A stretch of DNA of 64,000 bases from Eledone cirrhosa (GCA_964016885.1 OZ024761.1:4278001-4342000); one strand, 5' to 3'; positions 11,574 through 23,574 are shown, numbered from the stretch's first letter. Made by a program: numbers and translations. The notes: generated by a model not told the origin, from the letters alone.

Positions 11574-12560
11574 ATCATCATCATCATTGATTAACGTCTA
11601 TCTTCCACGCTAGCATGGGTTAGACGGGTTTATCCCAATTAGAGGCAAGTTGGGTCAGGTGACCATGTCTCACTCATATAGGAGAGTTTCTGGCTGGATG
11701 CCCTTCCTAATGCCAACCACATTTACAGTGTGGACTGGGTACTTTTTTTCGTAACACCTACATGACCACTTTACAGTGTGTGCTGGGTGCTTTTTGCTGT
11801 GTTACCTACATGACCACTTTACAGTGTGGACTGTGAACTTTTTGCTGTGTCACCTACATGACCACTTTACAGTGTAGACTGGGAACTTTTTGTTGTGACA
11901 CCTACATGACCACTTTACAGTGTGTGCTGGGTATCATCACCATTTAACTTCTATTTTTCCACGCTGGCATGGGTTAGGCGGGTTGTGCCATTTGAGGCAA
12001 GTTTGGTCAGATGACCATGTCTTACTCATATAGAACCGATTCTGGCTTGGTTTCTACAGCTGGATGCCCTTCCTTACACCAACCTCATTTAAAGTGTTGA
12101 CTGGGTGCTTTTTGTTGTGACACCTACATGACCACTTTACGGAGTGGACTGGGGGCTTTTTGTTGTGACACCTACATGACCACTTTACAGTGCGGACTGG
12201 GTGCTTTTTGTTGTGACACCTACATGACCACTTTACAGTGTGGACTGGGGGCTTCACTAGATGTAACTTCAGCCTGTCCTCATGGGAGATGTATGGAAGG
12301 GTGGGGTGGTGCATACTATTTATATGCTTCAGTCTTGGCCTGTGCCAAGTCTGGTCTTCTGTAATACTGAGTAACACCAGAGATCTCAGTCCTGTGTCAT
12401 CACTTTTGAGAGGTGCTATTGGACGAAATCAGCTTTTATCACCTCATCCCAAGTCTTTGTGTGTCTCCCCACTCCAAGGTGTCTATCAACTTTGAGCACT
12501 CTGCCCCTTTTTATACAGCTGCCACCCTTCATACACATCACATGTCCATACCAACACAAT
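11574..12560 (-). mobile_element. Two stacked RTE 3'-UTR/tail fragments with expanded 48-bp units
   Basis: (CAT)n tails at 11574 and about 11933, the GGATGCCCTTCC motif, 48-bp units, and decayed RTE C-terminal sequence at about 12340-12560. Confidence 0.7.
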
Positions 12561-12579
12561 TTCCTTTCTTGTACACTGT

Positions 12580-13200
12580 GTCGATAAAATAAAGTACCAG
12601 TAATGCACTTGGGTCAATTTAATCAACTTTCCCTTGTGCCTATTGTAGAAATCTTTATTATTATTATGCTTGTGGCAGTATCGGTAGAGGGTCGGACACT
12701 GCTTTGCAGCATAGTTACGGCCCTTTACGTCTGAGTTCAAATCCCGCCGAGGTTAACTTTGCCTTTCATCCTTACGGGGTCGATAAAATAAAGTACCAGT
12801 AATGCACTTGTGCCAAAAGTAGAAACAATTATTATTATTATGCTTTGAAGGGCGGTGGATTGGCAGTATCGGTAGAGGGTCGGACACCATGCTTTCCAGC
12901 ATAGTTACGTCCCTTTACGGTCTGAGTTCAAATCCCGCCGAGGTTGACTTTGCCTTTCATCCTCACAGGGGCGATGAAATAAAGTACCAGTAATGCACTG
13001 GGTAATTGCTGGCCTTGTGCCTAAAGTAGAAACAATTATTATGCTTTACAGCATAGAGTTACGCCCCTTTAAGTTCTGAGTTCAAATCCCGCTGAGGTTA
13101 ACTTTGTCTTTCATCCTTATGGGGTTGAATTAATAGACTTTCCCCTCCTCCAAAATTGCTGGCCTTGTGCCTATATAAGAAACCATTATTATTATTATTA
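12580..13200 (+). mobile_element. Cluster of a second tRNA-derived SINE family
   Basis: Repeated GAGTTCAAATCCCGCCGAGGTTAACTTTGCCTTTCATCC...AAAGTACCAGT with (ATT)n ends. Further copies at about 14270-14800, 21250-21715 and 23010-23290. Confidence 0.78.
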
Positions 13201-13447
13201 TTATAATTCATAGCAAAATGGAAAAACTTGGCGTAAGGAAGCTGTTAAAACATTACCTTGGGGGACAGAGATCAGCGGCTTGATGTGAGTTGAATCAAAG
13301 AAAAGATAGGAAGGAAGAAATAGAATGGATCAAGCCGCTGATCTTTGTCCTCCGAGATAATGTTTTACCCAACGCCGTATCAATGGTAATTTGCTATTTT
13401 AACAGCTTCCTTACGCCTAGTTTTTCCATTTTCCTATGAATTATAAT
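13201..13447. repeat. Fold-back inverted repeat
   Basis: 13201-13283 is the reverse complement of 13329-13447. The right arm has a short insertion. Confidence 0.85.
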
Positions 13448-13503
13448 ACTTGCGTTTCAAGACTCGATATCCGAGCTAATTTTGTTTATTATTATTGTTT
13501 TAG

Positions 13504-13750
13504 TAACCTGGTTCCAGTTACTCAGCTCTATGTTAGTGTCGATGCAAGTAGCAAAGAAAGCCTTAAAAAAATTGACCGTCCACTCTTCCGCGACTTCTGG
13601 CAGCGTTTCCTGGACAGCCTTCAGGCGTTGGCAGACAAGAAGCAGCGTACTGTATACCGACTGACCCTGGTCAAGGGCTGGAACACTGATGAAATAGAAG
13701 CTTACGCCAATCTTGTAGATTATGGCAAACCTGATTTCATTGAGGTCAAG
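13504..13750 (+). CDS. TYW1: TYW1 exon (NLVPVTQLYVSVDAS...QRTVYRLTLVKGWN...PDFIEVK)
   Basis: ttttag acceptor, AAG|gtaagg donor, 247 nt, phase 2-0. Confidence 0.97.
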
Positions 13751-13857
13751 GTAAGGAGTTTAACAATTCTCTTTTATTGTATCTAGAGGAATTTTTGAGG
13801 GTTGGGCATCCCGACACATTCCTTGACCCCTCATTGACCCCAGGTACATATAAAAAT

Positions 13858-14232
13858 CATCATCATCGTTTTTTGCATGGGTCGGATGGGTCCTTCTCAG
13901 TACAGCATCTCTCCACTTGTTACGTTCCTTCGTCATCTCTCTGTGCTTTAGTGATCTGAGATCAACTCTCACCACTCCCATCCAGGTCTTCTATTGCAGC
14001 TTCCTTCCACTGGAATTACTTGACATTTCTTCACCAGCTATCATCCTCCACATGTTTCACATGTCCATACCAGCACCGTCTCCTCTCCTACGCACTACTT
14101 CCTATTCCTCTTATATCCAGTTTCTCGCTCAGTTCATCCATGCTTTGTTGTTCTCGTACATTAACACACATCTATCAAAGCATGGTTGCCTCGTCTCACT
14201 GCCATGTAGCATGGCACTTCATACACAGGCAT
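13858..14232 (-). mobile_element. Decayed RTE 3' fragment
   Basis: Minus strand gives remnants of MLHGSET and RRRCWYGHV, then VVRVDLRSLK...WRDAVL and a (TGA)n tail. Confidence 0.75.
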
Positions 14233-14414
14233 TAGTAAACAGAAATATAAAATAAACATGTGTAGAGAGAGGTGGTGGATTGGCAGTATCAGTAGAGAGT
14301 CGGACAACATGCTTTGACGCATAGAGTTATGGCCCTTGCCATTCTGAGTTCAAATCCCGTCGAGGTTAACTTTGTCTTTCATCCTTACGGGGTCGATAAA
14401 ATAAAGTACCAGTA

Positions 14415-14751
14415 ATCATCATCATCATTTTACGTCCGCTTTTTCCCTGCTTGCAAGGGTGGGACGGGAACTGATTCTGGCTTGATTTCTACAGCTGGAT
14501 GCCCTTCCTAACACCAACCTCATTTACAGTGAGTGCTGGGTGCTTTTTTACCGTGGCGCCTCCACGACCACTTTACAGTGGAATGATAGGGACCCCAGTC
14601 CCTATCATCTCATTTCTACAGCTGAGTAAACTGGAGCAATGTGAAATAAAGTGTCTTGCTCAAGGAAACAACACATCACCCGGTCTGAGAATTGAACTCA
14701 CAACCTTTCGATTGTAAAGCCAATGCTCTAACCACTCAGCCATGTGCCTCC
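14415..14751 (-). mobile_element. Full-length CORE-type SINE nested in a second-family SINE
   Basis: Near-identical to 404-741. It splits the host motif CAGTAAT|..CACTGGGTAATTGC. Confidence 0.85.
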
Positions 14752-15861
14752 ATACACTGGGTAATTGCTGGCCTTGTGCCAAAAGTAGAAACAATTATTT
14801 TATATTTACAATTGTATTTTTGAAGTAAAGGCTTTACCTCACATAATATCGAATGTTATTTATTTCGAGAACAATACCTTAACATAAATATGAGTGGCCA
14901 TTTACAGCTGATTTGAACAGAAGGAGGTGAGAGAATTCTGGCAAGTTATGACTGGTTTAAATTCTAAAGGGTTAAACGATCGACCTCTTCATGAAATCTT
15001 TGACCCCCCCCCCCCTCTCTCATAGCAAGTAAATAACTAAATCACAAAACAATATAAAATAAACAATAAAGCCTAATTATATAAATGAGAAACCTGTATA
15101 AAAGCAAGTTGTATTTTATTGTATTATTTTATGTATTAAAGTACCAGTAATGCGCTGATGTTGATTTAATTAACCTTCCCTTACCCCCTTTTCCTCAATT
15201 ATATGTATTTTCATTTCATATAAAAATGTCAGGTTTTTAACTCAATATATTATCCATATATATTTTATGTGAAGGTGTGTAGCTAAGTGGAATTAGATTC
15301 GCAATCGTGAGGTTGTGAGCTCGATTCCCAGACCAGGCAATGCATTTTGTCCTTGAGCAAGACACTTTATTTCACGTTGCTCCTGTCTGGATTTGCAACC
15401 AGTAGATAGTGTTAGCAATTGGAAAAAAACCAATGGAAACATTGTTTCCTCGGTCCGATTTGATGAGCTCCACCTCACTTGTTAAGTGAACGAGTTCTGA
15501 GATCTTGTCAACTCTCAATATATTTTATGTGATCTCGTTAACCACTTTGGGGTTCCCTGGTTTAAACCATAAAACTATATACAGAGTTTTGCTTAACCCA
15601 TAACATCCTGTAATTATTTAGCAGAAAATGTCTAAAAACGGGTTTGTTAATTCCAATGTTTATATTTTTACTGGTGGGCAGATTGTTTTAAAACTTTGCG
15701 GTATAAAAGACTAAAAATTAATGTCATATAATTATGGTGCTGTTTTGTACTTTTCCAAAATGTCTTGCTAATGTGGTTTCATGTGGTACAGGACGTTCAG
15801 AGTTAATGTTAATTCTTTCATTGGAATATTTCTAATGAAACATACTGATAATGTGGTTTAA

Positions 15862-16123
15862 CCCTTTAGCATTTAAACCGGTTGTATCCGGCCCTCTCTC
15901 TGTTCAAACCAGCTGTAACTGGTTACTCATACTGATGTTAAGGTCTTGTTCTCAAAATATCAAAAGGTTTTACCTCATATAATATCGAATCTAGGATTTT
16001 GATATTATTTATCTTGAGACCAGTACCTTAACATCAGTATGAGTGGCCAGCTTGAACAGAGAGAGATGAGAGAATTCTGGCCGGATACAACCGGTTTAAA
16101 TCGCCAGTTTAAATGGTAAAGGG
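15862..16123. mobile_element. TTAA-flanked palindromic MITE
   Basis: TTAA|CCCTTTAGCATTTAAAC ... GTTTAAATGGTAAAGGG|TTAA with long internal inverted symmetry. Confidence 0.8.
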
Positions 16124-16210
16124 TTAAACCAATTTTGTATTTTAAAATCAGTAGCATTTTCAGGTAGTTTGTAGCAAAAGTTTTAAGGGAAATATTTTGC
16201 TGTATTTCAG

Positions 16211-16378
16211 GGTGTCACCTACTGCGGAGAGTCAAAAGCCTCTACACTAACCATGAAGAACGTGCCATGGCACGAGGAGGTGTGTGGATTTGTTCAGCAG
16301 TTTGCTGATCTTCTTCCAGAATATGAAATTGCTTGTGAACACGAGCATTCCAACTGTCTACTGATTGCTAATACAAAG
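16211..16378 (+). CDS. TYW1: TYW1 exon (GVTYCGESKAS...VPWHEEV...EHEHSNCLLIANTK)
   Basis: atttcag acceptor, AAG|gtaagt donor, 168 nt, phase 0-0. Not in the ORF track. Confidence 0.96.
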
Positions 16379-16417
16379 GTAAGTGTTACCTTATCACTGT
16401 CTTTCTGATTGGTAAAA

Positions 16418-16918
16418 TACACCCAGTACACTCTGTAAAGTGGTAGTGCTGGTGTCATGATAACATACACCCAGTATACTCTGTAAAGTGGTAGTGCTGG
16501 TGTCATAACATACACCCAGTACACTCTGTAAAGTGGTAGTGTTGGTGTCATGATAACGTACACTCTGTAAGGTGGTAGTGTTGGTGTCATGATAACATAC
16601 ACCCAGTACACTCTGTAAAGTGGTAGTGCTGGTGTCATAACATACACCCAGTACACTCTAAAGTGGTAGTGCTGGTGTCATGATAACATACACCCAGTAC
16701 ACTCTGTAAAGTGGTAGTGCTGGTGTCATGATAACATACACCCAGTACACTCTGTAAAGTGGTAGTGCTGGTGTCATAACATACACCCAGTACACTCTAA
16801 AGTGGTAGTGCTGGTGTCATGATAACATACACCCAGTATACTCTGTAAAGTGGTAGTGCTGGTGTCATGATAACATACACCCAGTATACTCTGTAAAGTG
16901 GTAGTGCTGGTGTCATGA
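16418..16918 (+). repeat. 45-48-bp minisatellite related to the RTE 3'-UTR unit
   Basis: Unit CATACACCCAGTACACTCTGTAAAGTGGTAGTGCTGGTGTCATGATAA. Confidence 0.88.
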
Positions 16919-17798
16919 TCAAGTCATTGAGTTACTGTGTAATATGTCAGCCACTGTGTTGAGCTATTGTGTCTCAGTCTGTGTGTTGTAGCCATTAGTC
17001 AATAGGTGGCTGTTTAGTAGAATTGGTAGAGTGTTACCCCAAACACCTTCCACTGTTTATGTTGTGGGTTCAAGTCCTTCTATGGTTGACTTCCATCCTT
17101 CGAAAAGTTGATAAAATACAGCAATAGTCTGATCTAATGAATTGATGGAGCTTTGGAGAAAGTCTCCTCCACTGATGTGTTTATATTCTCGGACTCAACA
17201 TACACTTAGTAGGCACCTCTTAATCCACTATATACCCCCTATCCTCCCACACCACTCTTACAGTTATGTTGGTATCACAAAATGCACCCAGCCCACACTA
17301 TAAATGTGGTTGGTGTTAGGAAGGACATCCAGCTGTAGAAAACCAGCCGGAAGCAGTCCTATATGTGCGAGACATGGTCATCTAACCCATGCTAGCGTGG
17401 AAAATAGACATTAAACGATGATGATGATGATGATGGATGCCCTTCCTAACACCAACCATGTTTACAGTGTGGAACTGGATGGCTCCGTTGTGAGGCAGGA
17501 CAGGCCAATTGGCCACGCCAAACCCGCCTCACAGCGGAAGTGTGTTATTGGAGCCCGTTATTGGATGGCGCTGATACAAGGCGCTGGAATATAAGCTGAG
17601 AAACGTGTGACCAAAAACTCCATGGTAAAATGGGAGGTTGGCTTATATATACCATCTAAACAGTGTTTTAATAAGCTGCCTCGGTTTATAAATGGGGTTT
17701 GGACTTTTAGCTTATATTAAGAATCTACGGTATTTTACAATATCCTTCAAAATTCTTGATTATGTCTATCACTAGAAATATGGTAAGGAAGGGATTAA

Positions 17799-18199
17799 CC
17801 CTTTAGAATTTAAAAGGGCTGTATCTAACCAGAATTCTCTTTCCTCTTTCTGTTCAAACTGGCGGCCATGACAGGTCACTCATACTGACGTTAAGGGATT
17901 GTTCTCAAAATAAATATCAAAATCTCATAGATTTGATATTATGTGAGGTAAAGCCTTTACTGTGAAAATACAATAGTATATATGGAGAAATGTAAATGTT
18001 ATGTGAGATATTATGTGAGGTAAAGCCTTTACTGTGAAAATACAATAGTATATATGGAGAAATGTAAATGTTATGTGAGATATTATGTGAGGTAAAGCCT
18101 TTACTGTGAAAATACAATAGTATATATAGAGTAATGTAAGGTAAAGCCTTTACTGTGAAAATACAATAGTATATAGAGAGTAATGTAAATAGTAAAGGG
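17799..18199. mobile_element. TTAA MITE with internal expansion of the 72-bp unit
   Basis: TTAA|CCCTTTAG start and TAAAGGG end, with reverse-strand 72-bp units at 17937-18190. Confidence 0.78.
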
Positions 18200-18291
18200 T
18201 TTAAAATAAAGACAAAATAGTTATACCATTTATTATATCTGAGCTAAAATCAATATTTTTTCTTCATATTTTATTATTTGTTTCTGTTCAG

Positions 18292-18507
18292 TTCAAGGTG
18301 AATGGTGAATGGCACACTTGGATAGATTACGACAAGTTCCACCAATTGATTGGAAATAAGAAGAATGATAGTGAAACAATATTTACTGCTGAAGACTATA
18401 TGGCTAAGACACCGGACTGGGCTGTTTACGGGGCCAAAGAACAGGGCTTTGATCCCATTGACAAACGATTTTTCAGAAAGAAACAAAAAGATATTTCTGG
18501 ATGTTGA
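18292..18507 (+). CDS. TYW1: TYW1 terminal exon (FKVNGEWHTWIDYDKF...YMAKTPDWAVYG...GFDP...KDISGC*)
   Basis: gttcag acceptor, phase 0, TGA at 18505-18507. The C-terminus ISGC matches vertebrate TYW1. Confidence 0.96.
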   Translation, partial: FKVNGEWHTWIDYDKFHQLIGNKKNDSETIFTAEDYMAKTPDWAVYGAKEQGFDPIDKRFFRKKQKDISGC

Positions 18508-18540
18508 AAAAAACAATTTTTAGAAAAAAACAAAAACAAA

Positions 18541-18546
18541 AATAAA
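18541..18546 (+). terminator. Candidate polyadenylation signal for TYW1
   Basis: AATAAA 34 nt after the stop codon, in an AT-rich context. Confidence 0.4.
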
Positions 18547-19429
18547 TTTTTAATTATTTAAAAACATATATATATTTCTTTTTGAATTAAAAAAATTACA
18601 AAATTGAAAACTTTGGTCATTCGTTCATGTATGTCATTGATAGCACATGGTACTAGTGGCTCAAAAGGTTGTGGTTTCAATTCTTGGACTGGGTAGTGCC
18701 TTATGTTTCATTTTATGTAACCCTAGTCCACAGCAGCTGGGCGTTAACCCCTGCAATGGACTGACATCCTGTACAGGAGCGGATCTTCTAATGATAGGAT
18801 TGGGGACTATCATTGAAGCATCTGAGAAACCACTTGTGAGATGCAATCTCGTAGAAGGTTAACTAAATCCACATTGATGTGAGCTGTAACTTTAATTAGC
18901 TAATATATTGGGCTTAACCCCTCTAGTGCAAGGAGAATATGTACCAAGTACACTTTCTAAAGTCCTGAAACGTATGTAAGCAAGGCGAGGGCCCCAGACT
19001 CTTCAGGGACATGACAACCTCCTTAGAGCTGGTGCCAGATAAAAAGGAAGGAATAGGAAATGAAAATAACTAAAAAGATGAAGGACAGAAGTTAGATGCT
19101 GGAAAATACAATGGTGTAAATTCATCGTCCGGCGGCCTCAGCCGAAATTGACTCAACAATTGGTCTCCACATGGGTCTGTCATTTATTGCCCTTGGCAAG
19201 TCCTGGATTTCAATACCAGAATCTCTGGAGATGACATCGGGATAGGAGAGCTTGTACCCCCTGTTATTAGTGACTGCTTGTGGTTTCTAAAGCACTAATG
19301 GGGACACAGCCTCAGAGGTGGCCAGCAAATCTTACTCTCCTTTTACGTACAACAACAGATATGCGTTGGAGATCAGCATATATTTCTTACAAAGACAGAT
19401 GTCGCCAGCTTATGTTCTGAATACATCGA

Positions 19430-19737
19430 AGTAGTAGCAGTGTAGGTGTCATCAAGGTAGTAGTGTAGGTGCCATAAAGGTAGTAGTAGCAGTGTAGGTG
19501 TCATCAAGGTAGTAGTAGCAGTGTAGGTGTCATCAAGGTAGTAGTAGTAGTGTAGGTGCCATAAAGGTAGTAGTAGTAGTGTAGGTGCCATAAAGGTAGT
19601 AGTAGCAGTGTAGGTGCCATAAAGGTAGTAGTAGCAGTGTAGGTGTCATCAAGGTAGTAGTAGTAGTGTAGGTGCCATAAAGGTAGTAGCAGTGTAGGTG
19701 CCATAAAGGTAGTAGTAACAGTGTAGGTGCCATCAAG
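19430..19737. repeat. About 27-30-bp minisatellite
   Basis: Unit GTAGTAGCAGTGTAGGTGYCATMAAG. Confidence 0.88.
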
Positions 19738-19839
19738 GCAAATAAGTAAACAACTAAATTAACATACTCTTTTACCTGTTCCAACCGTCCGGCTGAGGCC
19801 ATGCTGGGGCATATATATATATATATATATATTTATTAA

Positions 19840-20050
19840 AATAACAGATTAAAGTTTAAGCAAAGAATCGCTGTTTTCATCCTTAACGGGATCTTCAGAA
19901 GATCCCTTTAAGGGTGAAAGCAGCTATACTTTGCTTAAACTTTAATCTGTTATTCTAATATATATTTGCTCTAGGGTTCTTATATATCTGATATATATTT
20001 ATCCTTATCGAGCCCTCTTTGGATTTTAGTCTTCACATTTATTATTATTA
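19840..20050 (+). mobile_element. Penelope-like terminal fragment with a 5' fold-back through a hammerhead core
   Basis: Palindrome at 19840-19954 centred on GGGATCTTCAGAAGATCCC. The 3' arm has a reverse-strand relative at about 21740-21825. Follows (TA)n. Confidence 0.55.
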
Positions 20051-20055
20051 CTATA

Positions 20056-20492
20056 TGGAGGCACATGGCTTAGTGGTTAGAGCATTGGCTTTGCAATCGA
20101 AAGGTTGTGAGTTCAATTCTCAGACCGGGTGATGTGTTGTTTCCTTGAGCAAGACACTTTATTTCACATTGCTCCAGTTTACTCAGCTGTAGAAATGAGA
20201 TGATAGGGACTGGGGTCCCTATTATTCCACTGCAAAGTGGACGTGTAGGCTCCACAGCAAAAAAGCACCCAGCCCACACTGTAAAGTGGACATGTAGGCG
20301 CCACGAAAAAGCATCCAGCACTCACTGTAAATGAGGTTGGTGTTAGGAAGGGCATCCAGCTGTAGAAATCAAGCCAAATCAGTTCCTGTATGAGCAAGGC
20401 ATGGTCAGCCGACCAGACACTGCCCACAACAGGACAACCCGTCTAACCCATGCTAGCGTGGAAGAACGGACGTAAAACGGTGATGATGATGA
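20056..20492 (+). mobile_element. CORE-type SINE with an alternative RTE-derived tail
   Basis: Same head as 14415-14751. The tail is near-identical to the reverse complement of 24909-25140. Confidence 0.85.
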
Positions 20493-21208
20493 TAGAAAAC
20501 AAGAGAAAAAAAATACACAACAAAAAATAAAGTAATAAAATAATGTACTGGAGTAAATGATGTTTCTTCGTTTGGCACGAGGCCAGCAATTACCCCAGTA
20601 CATTACTGGTACTTCATTTTATCAACCCCGTAAGGATGAAAGGTAAAGTTTACCTCGGCAGGATTTGAACTCAGAACATAAAGGGCCATAACTCGATGCT
20701 GCAAAGCATGTATGATGCTCTACCAATACAGATAATACAAACAATAGTTATAATAGTGGTAGGCTAGGTACATAGGTACGCTTTACAGACATACTGTGTG
20801 ATCCAGAATCTGACAGGTAATGATACATAGATATAGAGAATATCTATGTATCATTACCTGGATGTTATGGCCTACATCTCTCTGTCAGATTCTGGATCAC
20901 ACAGTATGTCTGTAAAGCGTACCTATGTACCTAGCCTACCACTATTATAACTATTGTTAGTATTATCTGTATTGGTAGAGCATCATACATGCTTTGCAGC
21001 ATCGAGTTATGGCCCTTTATGTTCTGAGTTCAAATCCTGCCGAGGTAAACTTTACCTTTCATGATTACAGGGTTGATAAAATGAAGTACCAGTAATGTAC
21101 TGGAGTAATTGCTGGCCTCGTGCCAAACGAAGAAACATCATTTACTCCATTACATTATTTTATTACTTTATTTTTTGTTGTGTATTTTTTCTCTCTTGTT
21201 TTCTATCA
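20491..21208. repeat. Inverted repeat with arms of about 325 bp and a nested hairpin in the spacer
   Basis: 20491-20816 is the reverse complement of 20883-21208. Confidence 0.9.
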
Positions 21209-21929
21209 TAATTGTATTTATATTTCTACTCTTATCTACCTTATAACTTCACGGCAGAATTGGTAGAGTGTTGGACAAGATGCTTTGTGGCATTTATTCC
21301 ACCTCTTTACATCCTCGGTTCAAATCCCACCAAGGTCTACTTTCCCTTTCATCCTTTCAGGCTCGATGAAATAAAGTACCAGTCACGTACTAGGGTTGAT
21401 GTAATGACCTTTCCCCTCCCCACAAATTGTTGGCCTTGTGCCTCAATTAGAAACCATCATATTTTATACAATTCACTTATTCCATTTAATCAGTCCCCAT
21501 CGGTCCCCAGATTTATATATATATATATTAATTGTTTCTACTTTAGGCACAAGGCCAGCAATTACCCAGTGCATTACTGGTACTTTATTTTATTGACCCC
21601 CGTAAGGATGAAAGGCAAAGTCAACCTTGGTGGGATTTGAACTCAGATCGTAAAGGGACGTAACTATGCTGGAAAGCATGGCGTCCGACCCTCTACCGAT
21701 ACTGTCAATCCACCATTATTAATATATATATATTAATAATAATAAATGTGAAGGCTAAAATCTAAAGAGGGCTCGATAAGGATAAATATATATCAAATAT
21801 ATAAGAACCCTAGAGCAAATATTTTTACAACCATATACTCAGGTGTACCCATGGAGACACACGTATGTATACAGATAGGGGGATGTATCAGGAAAACATA
21901 CATACTTGCACACATATATCTACACACAC

Positions 21930-22988
21930 ACGGAAGAAGTTCAGGGAGCCACTGCTGGCTACAAAAGGCTTTTCCCTCAAAATGAAAGGCAGACTGATGT
22001 GTGCATACGTACAGCAATGTTACATGGTAGTGAGATATGGTCGCTGTGTGTAGAAGACTTGCGTATATTGGTAAGAAATGAAGCTTGCATGCTCTGATGG
22101 ATGTGTAATAGTACGTGAACGGCAAAGTATAAATAAACTGAGAAACTAGGCATAAGAGGAATCAAATGCTGTGTGTGCATATACACACACACATTTATAT
22201 ATACACCTCCATTCCATCCAGCCACACCACCCTTTCTCTGTAAAGTTATGTTGCTACCACAGAACATCCAGCCCACACTGTAAAGTGGTGATGTAGGTGT
22301 CACAACAAAAAGCACCCAGTCCACACTGTAAAGTGGTCATGTAGGTGTCACGACAAAAAGCACCCAGCCCACACTGTAAAGTGGTCATGTAGGTGTCACG
22401 ACAAAAAGCACCCAGTCCACACTGTAAAGTGGCCGTGTAGGTATCACGACAGAAAGTACCCAGTCCACACTGTAAAGTGGTCATGTAGGTGTCACAACAA
22501 AAAGCACCCAGTCCACACTGTAAAGTGGCCGTGTAGGTATCACGACAGAAAGTACCCAGTCCACACTGTAAAGTGGTCATGTAGGTGTCACAACAAAAAG
22601 CACCCAGTCCACACTGTAAACTGGTCATGTAGGTGTCACGATAAAAAGCACCCAGTCCACACTGTAAAGTGGTCATGTAGGTGTCATGACAAAAAGCACC
22701 CAGTCCACACTGTAAAGTGGTCATGTAGGTGTCATGACAAAAAGCACCCAGTCCACACTGTAAAGTGGTCATCTAGGTGTCACGACAAAAAGCACCCAGT
22801 CCACACTGTAAAGTGGTCATGTAGGTGTCACGACAAAAAGCACCCAGTCCACACTGTAAATGTGGTTGGTGTTAGGAAGGGCATCCAACCATAGAAAACC
22901 TGCCAGAAACAGTCCTATACGAGCGACACACGGTCACCCGACCAATCTTGCCTCGAGTGGGACAAGATAGACGTTAAATGACGATGAT
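21930..22988 (+). mobile_element. 5'-truncated RTE whose 3'-UTR 48-bp unit is expanded to about 13 copies
   Basis: KKFREPLLATKGFSLKMKGRL and MLHGSEIW remnants, an array at about 22255-22865, the AGGAAGGGCATCC motif and a (GAT)n end. Confidence 0.8.
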
Positions 22989-23574
22989 ATATACACACAC
23001 ACATATAACAATAATAATCGTTTCTACTTTTGGCACAAGGCCAGCAATGACCTCAGTGCATTACTGGTACTTTATTTTATCGACCCTGTAAGGATTGAAA
23101 GGCAAAGTTAACCTTGGCGGGATTTGAACTCAGAACGCAAAGGGCCATAACTCTGTGCTGCAAAACAATAATAATTGTTTCTACGTTTGGCACAAGGCCA
23201 GCAAATACCCAGTGCATTACTGGTACATTATTTTATCGACCCCATAAGGATGAAAGGCAAAGTTAACCTCGGCGGGATTTGAACTCAACAATAATAATGA
23301 GTAGGAACGAGATATTAATAGCATCATTATGTTTATTCACGTGTAGTGTGTTTCACAATTGATTGGCTCAAGATAGAATCAATACCACTTGTTTCTTGAA
23401 TGACAGGAGATATCTACGTACTGCTTTATATTACACATTACCAGTTCACATTCATCGGTTTGGATTGGTTGGTGGGCCAGAGAGGAAGAGGAAGCATAAA
23501 AAAAACAAATAAAAAGGGTAAAAAGAATGAAAAGGAATAAATAAAGAATAAAAATAAAAATAAATAAAGACAAA

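Noticed and set aside
17590-17732. Possible Tc1/pogo-type terminal repeat ending TACGGTA
   Set aside because: Only one degenerate end is visible, with no matching left TIR or transposase.
18960-19010. GAAAC...GTA on + and CTGAAGA on - near each other
   Set aside because: The two half-cores are on opposite strands and cannot form a ribozyme.
20056-20130. tRNA-like sequence with A and B boxes
   Set aside because: It is a SINE head continuing into a CORE-like body, and I see no complete cloverleaf.
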